Part shown: positions 23,648 through 35,330 of the stretch, piece after piece | Position numbering within the stretch: position 1 is the first letter of the stretch | Layout: the number at the start of each line of letters is the position of its first letter | The notes under the pieces: model-generated | Databases searched by the model: none | What the model was told of the DNA's origin: nothing | The model's input: only the letters and a program-made list of their open reading frames with translations | Position numbers and translations under genes: made by a program | Assembly: GCA_013265495.1 (NCBI GenBank) | Contig: MU058221.1 | Location: forward strand, 682,001 to 746,000 | Source of the DNA: Vicugna vicugna | Taxonomy: Eukaryota | Reading direction: 5' to 3' | DNA length: 64,000 nt

Positions 23648-26010
23648 GGAGGCAATGGCCAAGATGGCATATTAGAAGGATGCATATCTCTTGCTCTTTC
23701 ACAAATACATCAAAAATTACATCTAAAAATAAAAATATTCACACAGAATACCTACTGAACTTTGGCAGAATATCTCTTACTTTGGAAATATAAGAAAATC
23801 CTCACAAAACCAGATAGGAGAAAAAAAAAGAGAGAAAGAGAAGAAGGAGGGAAGGAGGGAAGGAAAGGAAGGAAGGAAAGAAAGGAAAGAAAGAAGGAAA
23901 GAAGGAAAGAAAGGAAGAAAGGTAAAGAAAGAAAGAAAGACAGAAAAACCTGTGTGCAGTCTGACCCCCAGGGAGGCAGTGGCAGAGGAGGAAAAGGCTC
24001 CACACAGAAACTCCTAGAGCTGATAAAAGAATGTGGCAAGGTAGCAGGACACAAGATTAACATAAAGAAATCAGTTACATTTTTTTACACAAACAATGAA
24101 ATATCAAACAGGAAGTATAAGAGCAATCTCTTTTAAAGTAGCATTCAGAAAAATAAAATATTTAGAAATAAATATGACCAAGGAGGTGAAAGACTTATAC
24201 ACAGAGAACTACAAAACAGTGAATAAGGAAATTAAAGTTGACTTAAAGAAGTCGAAAGATATACCATGCTCTTGGATTGGAAGAATTAGTATTGTTAAAA
24301 TGGGCACACTACCCAAAGCAATCTACAGATTTAATGTGATCGCTAGAAAATTACTCAGGACATTTTTCACAGAAATAGAACAAATAATCCTACAATTTAT
24401 TTGGAATCACAAAAGATCCAGAGTTGCCAAAACAATACTGAAGAAAAAGAACAAAGCTGGAGGAATAACCCACCTGGATTTCAGACAATACTACAGAGCT
24501 GCAGTCATCAAAACAGATGGATGTAACAATGGAACAGAATAGAAAGCCTGGAAATAAACCCACAAAATTATGATCAATTAATCTTCAACAAAGGAGGCAA
24601 GAATATACAATGGAGAAAAGACAGTCTCCTCAGCAGGTGGTGATGGGAAAGCTGGACAGCCGCATGCAAGACAGTGACGTTAGAACACTCCCGTACACCA
24701 CGCACACAGACGAGAAACTCAAAACGACTTAAAGATTTAAAGATAAGACACTATAAACGTCTTAGAAGAAAATATAGGCAAAACATTCTCTGACATAAAT
24801 CTTTGCAGTGTTCTCTTAGGGGAGTCTACCCATGTAGGTTAATAAAGCGCTAAAATTATATATAATGGAAATAAAAGCAAAAATAAACAAATGGGACCTT
24901 ATAAGCTTTTGCACAGCAAAGGAAACCATAAGCAAAACAAGACAAAACAAAACAAAAAACAACCTATGGAATGGAAAAAGTATTTACAGGTGATGTGACT
25001 AACAAAGGCTTAATTTCCAGAATATATAAATAGCTTATACAACTTAATAGCAAAAAAGCAAAGAGTCCAATCCAAAAATGGGCAGAAGACATAAACAAGC
25101 AATTTTCCAAAGAGGACATACAAATGGCCAGTAGGCACATGAAAAAAATGCTCAATATCACTAGTTATCAGATAAATGCAAATCAAAACTACAATGAGGT
25201 ATCACCTCGCAGTAGGCAGTACAGCCATCATTCAAAAGTCCACAAATGACAAATGCTGGAGAGGATGTGGAGAAAAGGGAACCCTCCTACACTGCTGGTG
25301 GGAATGCAGTTTGGTGCAACCATTATGGAGAACAGTATACAGATTCCTCAAAAAACTAAAAATAGAGTTACCATATGATCCAGCAATCCCACTCTTGGGC
25401 ATATATCCAGAGAGGACTCTAATTCGGAAAGACACTTGCACCCCAGTGTTCATAGCAGCACTATTTACAACAGCCAAGACATGGAAACAACCTAAATGTC
25501 CATTGACAGATGGCTGGATAAAGAAGGTGTGGTATATTTCTACAATGGAATACTACTCAGCCATAAAAAAGAATTAAATAATGCCATTTCAGAAACATGC
25601 ATGTACCTAGAGATCATCATTCTAAGTGAAGTAAGCCAGGAAGAGAAAGGAAAATGCTATATGATATCACTCATATATAGAATCTTAAAAAAAAAAGGGG
25701 GACAATGAAATTATTTACACAACAGAAACAGACTCACAGACACAGGAAACAAACTCTGGTTACCTTGGGGGGAAAGAGGGTGGTAAGGGATAAATTAGAA
25801 GTTTGGTATTTGCAGACACTAACTACTGTATTTAAAATAGATAAACAACAAGTTTTTTTTCTGTACAGCACAGGGAACTATATTCAATACCTTGTAGTGA
25901 CCTATAATGAAAAAATGTGAAAATGAATATATGCATGTTCATGTATGACTGAAACATGTTGTACCCCAGAAATTGGCACAATGTTGTAAACTGACAACAG
26001 TACAATAAAA
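23648..26010 (+). mobile_element. Internally deleted LINE-1: ~350 bp of 5'UTR fused to the 3' part of ORF2 plus 3'UTR
   Basis: 5' end GCCAAGATGGC..CACAAATACATCAAAAATTACATCTA is homologous to 56296-56050 (minus strand); switches at ~23996 to ORF2 ([22 protein letters not shown]); frameshifted ORF2 pieces at 24096-24542 and 25176-25577. Confidence 0.92.
23817..23941. repeat. Compound (GGAA)/(GAAA) polypurine tract inside the L1 5'UTR
   Basis: About 125 nt that is almost entirely A/G. Confidence 0.95.
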
Positions 26011-27869
26011 ATGAATACAAATTTTTAATGAAAGTTACTGTGAAAATATAATAAACTGTATCTAAATAAGAAATTAGAATCACTCTTATAACATGAAGAT
26101 TAATAAAGCATTAAAATTATATTAATGCCTGAAGCTCTTAATATTTTCCTTGAATGTTTACAAGTATTATTAATATATTGTACTTCATTCCATTTAATTT
26201 ACTTATGTGAAAAATGTAGTCTGCTTTTCCTTGGAGCCAGGAAATCAAGAGCCACAAATTCTTCAATGTGAGTGAGTTTATTAGAAATTTACTTTATTCA
26301 AATTCATCGCTCATATCCTCTCTCTCTTTCCCACAAACACACACACACACTCAACTAAGCAATCTTTACATGCATTGTTTTTTAAAATATTCACCATCTT
26401 TCCAAAATATGAAATATTAGCTCCTCTTTTTAAATGGGAAAATCCAGTCACTAAAGAGTATACTGACCTGCCCTTTGGATTTATGGGGAAGGACATGGCA
26501 ACACTGAGACTCATGTCCGTTACTTCCCTCTCACAAAGCCTGCACAGAGAGAGGTAATTGCAAATTGATGAGTGATTTCATATAAAAATTATATTTTTGT
26601 AAAAATAGATTTGAGCAAAATTTATAATTAGTTGATGTCTAGCGATTAAAAAAAAAAAACACTGCAAGAAAAAGTGAATTATTGTTCCCGCCCTGTCCCC
26701 ACTCTGAAATGTTACCGCTGTATCTAGGCATTGTCACCAATAACGTTCAGACTATTAGAACTGCATATAAAAACTTTGCCAATAAAGTTCCGTTTACTAG
26801 CTTGTCCTTCAAATGACTCTGGGCTGACGTTTGCTTCACTCTGGCTCCCTCTTATCTCATCAATAAAACAAGCAGAAGTAGGAGACACTGACGTTTCCAT
26901 CATTGTTAAGTTCGTACCTCACTATATAAAAGTGAAAATCATTACTTCCATCAGGAGATGTATTCTAATATTTGCTTCCTTGCTAATAAAGTTGAAAACC
27001 CAGAAAAAATATTTTATGTTTTAGGTCAATATATTTGGGATACAAGATAGCATGATTTGGGGGAGGGTGCTCACCCACCGCGCTTTTTCACTTTTCCAGT
27101 GGAGGTGGTGTTAGTGCCTGAGCTTCACACCAGACTGATCAGAGAAGCTCTTTGCTGGTGGGGTTTTCGCTGTGCACGTAGTACAAGCAGGGATGAAGTC
27201 CATGGACCATGACCAGCACTTCTGACCTCCCCACTTGTCACTCATTTTTTCCCACAGGAGAGGAATCAATTCTACATCTAGCAACATTTGGAGAAGGAAT
27301 TGTGCATGAATGACTCAACATAAGCTTTCCCAGAAGCCAGCATGTCCTCAGATCCACATGCTCCGTTCTGCTCTCTGTCTCGGGGTAAGGGGGCCTCTCC
27401 TGGTGCAGAAAATCTCTCATGTCCAGTGCTTGTGAGGCGAGTTATCAGCATGCTCATTTGTCCGCAGATCTAAAGTAACTCTCAGAGCAGCTGTACCCAT
27501 GAGAAAGGTCATTTTGATCCACCAGTTTCACGCCTTTCTTACTCTACTGCATCTGGAAATGGATGAGGCAAGGAGCTCTTACTTATACACTGCTTCCTTC
27601 CGACGCAGCCTGAAGAGTGCACGTTCCATTTTGCTTTACCTTCACAGCTGGGAGCTAAGCAAGTCGAGTGACCAAGGTCACACGGTGTGTGAGTGCATGT
27701 CTGGGGTGACCACGGCTGTCACGGTTGGTGGTGGAGATAGAGAAATCAAACTCCATCAGTGCAACAAAAAATGAGCTTTAAATGTTTCTCATTCAAGGTT
27801 AGGGAGGTGCCCACAAGTCCCAGACATCTTTTAAAACTGACCTTCACGCTCAGAGTCAGGTCGGTCAGG

Positions 27870-28105
27870 AGGTTGGCAGGTAGAACCTTGGAAACTGAAG
27901 TCACACACACCTAGTTTTAAGTCCTGGTCAGTCATGTACAAGTGGGGTGACTTTAGGCAAGTTACTGAGCCTCTCCAAGTTTTAGCTGGCGAAACTGAGA
28001 GCTCCCCTAGTGAGCTGTGCATGAGGCTTATGTGAGAGAGTGCTTGTGAAGCCTTCAGTGCAGTGCTTGGCGCACAGTAACCCACAATGATAGGTATTAT
28101 TATCA
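27870..28105 (+). mobile_element. MIR SINE
   Basis: GTGACTTTAGGCAAGTTACTGAGCCTCTC ... AGTGCTTGGCGCACAGTAA..TATTATTATC. Confidence 0.8.
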
Positions 28106-31100
28106 TGACTTTGTAAATGAACATCTGACATCTAGAGAAAAATGGATGATGTGTTTACTGTCACCAGGCTACAAGGTGACAGGTGGGTTTTAATATCTTC
28201 AGCATCATACCCACCTTCATTCCCATGAATGTCAACCAAAGGAGTTCCCAGGAATTTAAACTGATATTTGGTGCCTTGCATCTTTCACATACACTTTTCT
28301 GCCATTTATCATTTCTAACGTCATAAGACAGGTTCTCTCTTTCCTGAAGGTCTCCAAGATCAGCGGGAGGTGTTGACTTTTTCCTTAACAAATATAGCTT
28401 GCACCTCTCACGTGGTGATCAAGAGATTTCCTTGGGTTGAAATGGATTATAAATATCTCTTAGTTATCTTTCTGACTTTTATGTCCCTGAGTAGAAGTCT
28501 TATTTCTTTGTTTAGTGTATGACTTTATATAGAATAAGCACTTAAAAATTTTTTTGTTTGCCAAATAAAAAATAAATCAGAGACACTGCCAATATTCACT
28601 TAGAAAGCACGGTATTTCTCAACGGGTTTGAAATAATGGGGTTGAAGAAACACTGGGAAAGTTAAATTCAATTAAAATGCCATAGGTCACATATAAGAAG
28701 GTAATAATTCTCTCAAATGAAAATTAATTGGCATGAAATAATTTTAAATCCCAGCGGTACTTCTATTAGAGTTAAGCACCCATTATATAATCCTGCCAAG
28801 TGTTTTACAGAGAGATTTACATCGGGCGATGAACACGCAATGTCCAGCTATCTGCTGAGGAAAACTTTTTCCCGGATTATTGCTAATTCTCACAACAAAA
28901 CCCCACGGGCTGCTAATAAGTTTTGGAGCCATTATAGGGGCTATTTCAAAAAGACATTACATTGTGATGAAGATGGGAAATAGAGTAATACAGAGACCTA
29001 TTGGCAAGGGGTTGATAGATTTGCCTTTAAAAAGCTATTACATTCCTTATTGCTTCCTGGCTGACATCACACCAGAACTGACACATGTTTAATATAACTT
29101 CCAGTCTAAGCCTTTTTTGATGCAAACTTATGGTTAGATGGATGACACCTAAATTTAATTCACATTGGGAATGACATCACTATAAATAATAAAATCGTTT
29201 AATTAATTAAATGCATGAATGAGTGAATGAAACACTTAACGCTACAGTTAGCGCTACACTAAATTGTAGATCTAGAGAAGACACTTGATTCATATATCTT
29301 TGCAAGGAAGCCATTAATCTCAGGATTTAGATGATAATTTTATCTTTTTAGCTTTTCTCTATTTTCTAGATTAAGATCTACATCTGATACTATTATTCTG
29401 CAAAGAGGACGCCTCTTATTAGCTGTTTGTTTTGTTTTGTTTTGTTTTGTTTTTTTAGTAGAGGGCATCCTGACTCTTGGGTAGAGGTAGGACTAGTGTA
29501 AGGTGATGGAGGCACTTGAATCTGAGACACAACTTCAAGAATAACAAAAAACACAGCGGTCAAGATAAATGCTATGTTAATGCAATATTTAAAAGACAAT
29601 CAAATCAGAAAACTATGGCCTGTGAATTGGCCGCCTATGTTGTTAGAGAAGCTTCATTGGTAGCAGCAACCCTGGTGAGTGTACGTTCCACGCCGCTGGG
29701 ACTTAGGCAAAGAGTCCTGCTGACACTGATGAAATCATGTCATAATAGAAGGCAATGCTTAATCCAATACGCGGATCTGCTCAGGTGGCATCAGAGAAAT
29801 AGAAAGTGAATCAGGTTTTGAGGAAAAATAGGAGAAAAAGAATAGTGAGCATTAAAGGGATTGTAGACTTTGAACGTCTTTCTCTTCTAACAACTTACAC
29901 AACGTGCCCATGACTACACTCTTACTTGAACAAATTCTTCTACTTTCATTTGTTACACTGCTTTAAATGCACCTAATTAAGACCCATATTCAGCGACTGA
30001 ACCCAAGAAGTAGACAAGAGGTGTAAACCTTTCTCATTTAATGAAACCTAAAATTGGTCTTAGCAATAACACACATTTATTAATGCATCTTGACAACCTT
30101 AAGTGGTGAGAGTTTTACCTGAAACACAAAACCAAAGCTACATAAGGAGGTAATGTATACATTTACCTCAATAAATAATCATCTATTAACAATAACTATA
30201 CCAACAGCTTTATTCGATAAAGTCAAATAATTTAAGAATTATCATTCACATTTTATAAATTAAAAAAAATTGAGACTTGAAGTAAGCTAATTACTGGTGG
30301 ACAACTGTTTGAACAGATTTTTTGCTCAAAAGTTCATGGTCTTAAAAAAAAAGTCCATAGTCTTTCTACCAAATCACATTGCTGACAATAACCTTGGAAG
30401 CTATTTAACCTGCACTTTTCGCTATGAAGAAAGTGCCTTCTGTCCTGATAAAAGCAGGCTGAGGACTATGCTCATTCTTCTGGCCCCAGGACAGGTCTGT
30501 TTTCATTGTCCAAAGTGGCAGGAATGCAGCTGCCTCACTGAGACCCCGTTTGCTGACCATGCAGCTATGCACGGCCGCTACAACGCTCAGAGAGGAGCCT
30601 TTTCTGTGTCAGGGGGCGTCATACTCAGAAGTGCTGGAGGTGGGAACCGAAAGCTGTCACCAGTGACTGACCGATGTGCGGACGCTAAGAACCTGGCCCC
30701 ACTTCCTAGAACTTGGACGGCTGAGATGCCACTGTGGCTTCCGACGTGAGCTCACAGGGAGTTTCAGTGGTAGCCCAGCTGTCTCACTGATGTACTAGCA
30801 TCCCATACGTTAAAGTTTACACCGTTTAGTTTGATGAGAGCTAAGCAGAGGAATTAAAAGAGACTGCGTACTGTGTGGCAGGGACAGCTTATGCAGTCTG
30901 GGGTCAAGGCCTGCTGGTGGAATGCCTTGCAGAGGAAATTCAGTTTCAGCTTATGTCTGCTGCTGAACGGAATTAGTAAGGTTAACTTCATAGAAGGATA
31001 TCAAACATTATACCTAAAAAGTAGAACACTGCAGCACTTACAGCCCTGTGGATTTTTAAACATGATTATTCAAGAGGCAACGAATAAAATCTCAGTAGGT

Positions 31101-31865
31101 TTCCAAATGAACACATGGAACATATTCTTTGAATACCGTGAACCAAAATAGAAATGTGTAATTCAAGTGTAAACCTGTGATAAAAAATAAAACTGCTCAG
31201 AACAAAACATTCCTAGATAAATTCTCCATCAATGAGGAAATAAGATCTAAAAAAAAGACCAATACTAAAACAAGGGCCCCAGGAGCCCAGCTATGGGAAT
31301 TTATGCCATTCCCTCAAAGCTCTATTCTGATAAATACTTCTATGATAATAAGACTGTGATGTCAAAAAACTCTGAAGTTCAAATAGTTATCCCACAGATG
31401 TAAAAATAAACAAAAACAACCTATTAAGCTAGAAGACAATATGAAGATATCCGAAATTAATTAGAAACCAGAAAAAAAGAGTGAAAATAAACATGCTGCG
31501 TAGATCCTGAAATATAGACTTGTTCACAAGTTTCATTACGTTAAAATCACTAATATCAATGGGACTTTAAAATTAAAACTCTAATGATATGTAGTAAGGA
31601 GACAAAAATTGTAAGAAACACTACATATATGCTAGACATTTGAAAAATGTTTATAAAATTGTGCAATATTTCCTGATAAAATGCAATTTGATTTATTTAA
31701 TTCAAGAAGTAGAAAACTTAAGTAAACTGCCTTGTGAAACATCTGTTGGAGAGATTCTGAGAAAGGTTAATTTTTTTTTTCACAGTGGTTAAAAGAACTT
31801 TTTCTACATTTCTACTACCTGGACATTATACTCACTATATTCATGATTTGGGGGTATGAAGGTCA

Positions 31866-32150
31866 GGCCCACCCCTAAATTTTACAGGACAGAACAACAG
31901 TGTGAATCAAGTCCTACCTGCTAACTATATGTTTAAATATTTAAAGGGTAAAAATGCAGATGGCCAGCTGGAAAATAAGGTATGGTATGCCTCTGACCCA
32001 CAACAGATAAACTTTCTGATATATATGTGACCCTAGAGTTTTATATAACTGAAAACTAGCTAAATATCAAAGACAATTAAATTTAATTGGTGCTGTACAT
32101 GCTGGGTGTTGATGGGTGCAATGTTTACATGTAAAGTAAAATAATAAAGG
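31866..32150. mobile_element. hAT-Tip100 (MER115/Zaphod-like) relic
   Basis: TATATGTTTAAATATTTAAAG and AAATATCAAAGACAATTAAATTTAATT..CATGCTGGGTGTTGATGGG resemble the recalled consensus. Confidence 0.5.
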
Positions 32151-33227
32151 CAAAATTTTTTTTTTTAAGTGTCCATAACCTACGGGGAAAGGGACTCTGG
32201 GCGACAAGTGCTGGACGCTGCTGTTTGGCATCTACAGACAAGAGTGTAAACAAAGATTGTTAATGAAGTTGACTACAGACAATTCAACATGTTCGGGTTT
32301 TCTTTATTTGCAGCCAAAACATACCCTATCAGAGCACTAGGAGTATTCAGATCAAGTACAGGAAAAAAATAAGACAGTTTATTTTTTAAGAATGCCTATT
32401 ATAACATAGTTATAAAGTTAAAATATTTTAATGTCATAGTTTTTTCTTTACATACAATATGCTGAAACTATCAAATGTGTGACGTCTATGATGGAAAAGA
32501 TCTCTTGATATATCATTAATTAAATTCAATAACAGTCAATTTTGTTTTATATATTTACTATGTATATACCTGTATTTTTAAAATCATTCAAAATAGGCAT
32601 GTGCTGTATTTTAAGGAGTTTATTGGTTGGGAGGAATTAATTTTTTATCTTACTTGCTTTTGTTGCAATGACATGCTTCAGAAAATACATTAGGGTTAAT
32701 CTGCATTTTGAAGATGCTTAATAAATTATTAACACGATTAATATTTATAAATATTTTCTTAGGCACAGTTCCATAGAAATACTCGTTAATACTAGAGAGA
32801 CAAGTTATGAAAAATTTAAAACGTTAGGCATTTATAACTTAAATAAACAAGACCATTATACACATATGTTAAAACTTTGAACAACAAAAAATAAGAAAAC
32901 TTAGCACCTACTATGAAGAACTGTATTTAAAACTAAGATCGTTTATTCAAAATTTATCAAATAACTGCTAGCTGCATTTCAATGCACTGCATGCCTGCAG
33001 ATAAAGTTGTGAATGTAAATAATGTCAAATTTCTACATTTAACCTCATCTGATGAGGATTACATATGTAATATAATATATAATAGGTAATACACATATAT
33101 GCATAATGAAACACAACAGTTGAGGTTCCAAATTTAACAAGTTCCAAAATATAAACATTCAGAATATAATACAACAATAAAAAAGAGAATTTAATTTCAA
33201 TTCTAATTGTCTAATTTCTGAGCTAGC

Positions 33228-33360
33228 TGGGTGGCCATGTAATTTACCATCCAGATAGGTCTTGAAACCTGTTAAGAAATTAGTGGGTGCTGTTAATTAT
33301 GGTGAGTCCCCAGTTTAACTCTGAGTCCCCAGGTTCAAACAAGAATTTCTGGCCACTGTA
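33228..33360. mobile_element. MER94-like hAT-Blackjack MITE
   Basis: Termini GGGTGGCCATGTAATTTACCATCCA ... TGGCCACTGTA; length ~130 bp. Confidence 0.65.
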
Positions 33361-34964
33361 TGGAAAGGAAATGATTTCGTAGAAGAAGTATTATTTAAAA
33401 TGGATCTTGAAGATTGAACTTTTGCAGGAACCCTGTGTGTAGGAAAGTCATTAACTTTCCAAGACAGGAAGAATTAAGTCCTTCTCATTATGGCTCTTAA
33501 ACACATATTAAACCCTAAATACAGTGCCTTGGAGGAGACCTTTAACAGTCATTAATATATTAGAAAGAATGGCGCATTTGTTCAGCCATTATCATTTCCA
33601 AAGTGTTAGTGGCAGAGAAGAGAAGTTCGTATTTTTAAGAAGGACACAAAGGACTGCATGAGCACTCTGGATGTACGCAGCCCGTCACAACAGGACAGAG
33701 GAAGAGACAAAAGACAACTTGTTACTGAACCTCTTTAAAGTTGAACCTAAGATTTATGAAATTAAATTTAAGAGTAAGAAAATAAATATGAATACTTATT
33801 ATAAGAACATTAAAAATATGATTAAGTAAACCATTTTAAAAGAATTGGCTGACATTTTAGAATAACTCAGGAAGGAAGTCCAGCACCACAGGCCTCTTTA
33901 TCCCAGCTTTGAATGCACGCCAAGTTTGTTTTCTTTCACCCAAAACTTTCCTGGTCCTCTTTCCATTGGCTTCATGAACCCTCATTACTAAATCTGTTGG
34001 TGAATTTGGCAATGTTCTCTCTCTTGGTTTCAATAGGCCCACCTTTCTTAAATTCAGTCATCCTAAACGTGTACCTCCAGGACACTGGCTGGATAGAAGC
34101 GGAAATAGTGGCTGTTCTCGCCTGTGCCTAATCTTAGGGGAAATCTCTCTACAGCTTTTCCATTAAGTAATGGAAATAAATTGACATCTTAGAATAAGTG
34201 TGTTCTAAGGAAATTCCTTTTGAGAATATTGAGGTCATGCAAGAAAATAGGGAAGTGAACCTGACCATGGTTTACTCTGCATAATCGACACACCCCGCAA
34301 AGTCAGAGAGAGTGGGAGAACCGTCATTAGTTTGCCCACGTATCTGCACTGTGTGCGGTGAGGAACGGCGTCAGTTCCCATGATTTCAGATTGCTGATTT
34401 GGAGATTATTGAATGAAATACTCTTCCTACAACTTCCTTCCCAAACACTTTAATATAACACTGTTATTTGAGATAATTTAGGTCAAGCTATTATGCTTCT
34501 AAAATTGTATTCTGCTAATCTTTATCCAATAAACCACATATGACAAATGTAAATGACTTGGGAGGCCACACGCCGGAATGGGGCCTCGATGAGGCGCATC
34601 TTATGACTTTAAAACTATTTTTTTAAAATGAAACTTTGGGAAATGAACCCATTTCAGCTGAACTTCAGTTATTCCAACTGCACAGGAAGTATCTCTTGTG
34701 CCATGTTCACTTTCCCTATCCATTTGCCTGATATCTCATTATCATAGGGAGTGATAGGAGATTAAAGATTTTTCTTTCGTTTATTGAAAACTTGATGTTT
34801 TCCAAAGGCACAGAGAAAATTCTAGTTCTTTTGCTTTGCATATATTGTATCAACCAGGAGAAATATTGTGTTAAATTCTGTTTTTATTTAAGATTTCTTT
34901 TTTGTTCTTAAAAGAAAAGAAATGTGCACACACACATAAACATGATTTTATGTTGACAGATATG

Positions 34965-35330
34965 GGTTTCAGTTCGGTTGGGCTAGATCATATTGCAGCA
35001 CATAAAAACTCTCACAACCTCAACAGTTTGCACAGCAAACTTTTGTTTCTTCCTTGTGTAACTCGCACGTTGGAGACGGCATTGTTCATGGCACATTCTC
35101 TAGGACAATGGGCAACTGAGACTTCATTTCAACAGCCACCTGTTCACTGACCCCGTGGGAAGGGGCCCCGGGGGGTCTTGCCCAATCTGATGCTCTGGCC
35201 TGGTGGTGACACGTGCCATTCCCTGCATCACTCATTGGCTAGAATTGCACCCCATCTCCCCACCAGGGCCCAGAAGGTCCAGCTCTCCACGTCAGGTTGT
35301 TGCAGAAGAAGAAGATCCGGACAGCAGGCA
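34965..35330 (-). mobile_element. Old MaLR (MLT1-like) LTR relic
   Basis: TCAGTT..GGCTAGATCATATTGCAGCACATAAAAACTCTCACAACCTCAACAGTTTGCACAGCAAAC and GTGACACGTGCCATTCC..CTCATTGGCTAGAA. Confidence 0.55.

Noticed and set aside
23752..24136. Lys/Arg/Glu-rich and Phe/Leu/Ser-rich ORFs
   Set aside because: Translations of the GGAA/GAAA microsatellite plus L1 sequence.
30297..30749. 150-aa ORF
   Set aside because: No recognisable homology; overlaps MIR-like and possibly LTR16-like decayed repeat sequence.
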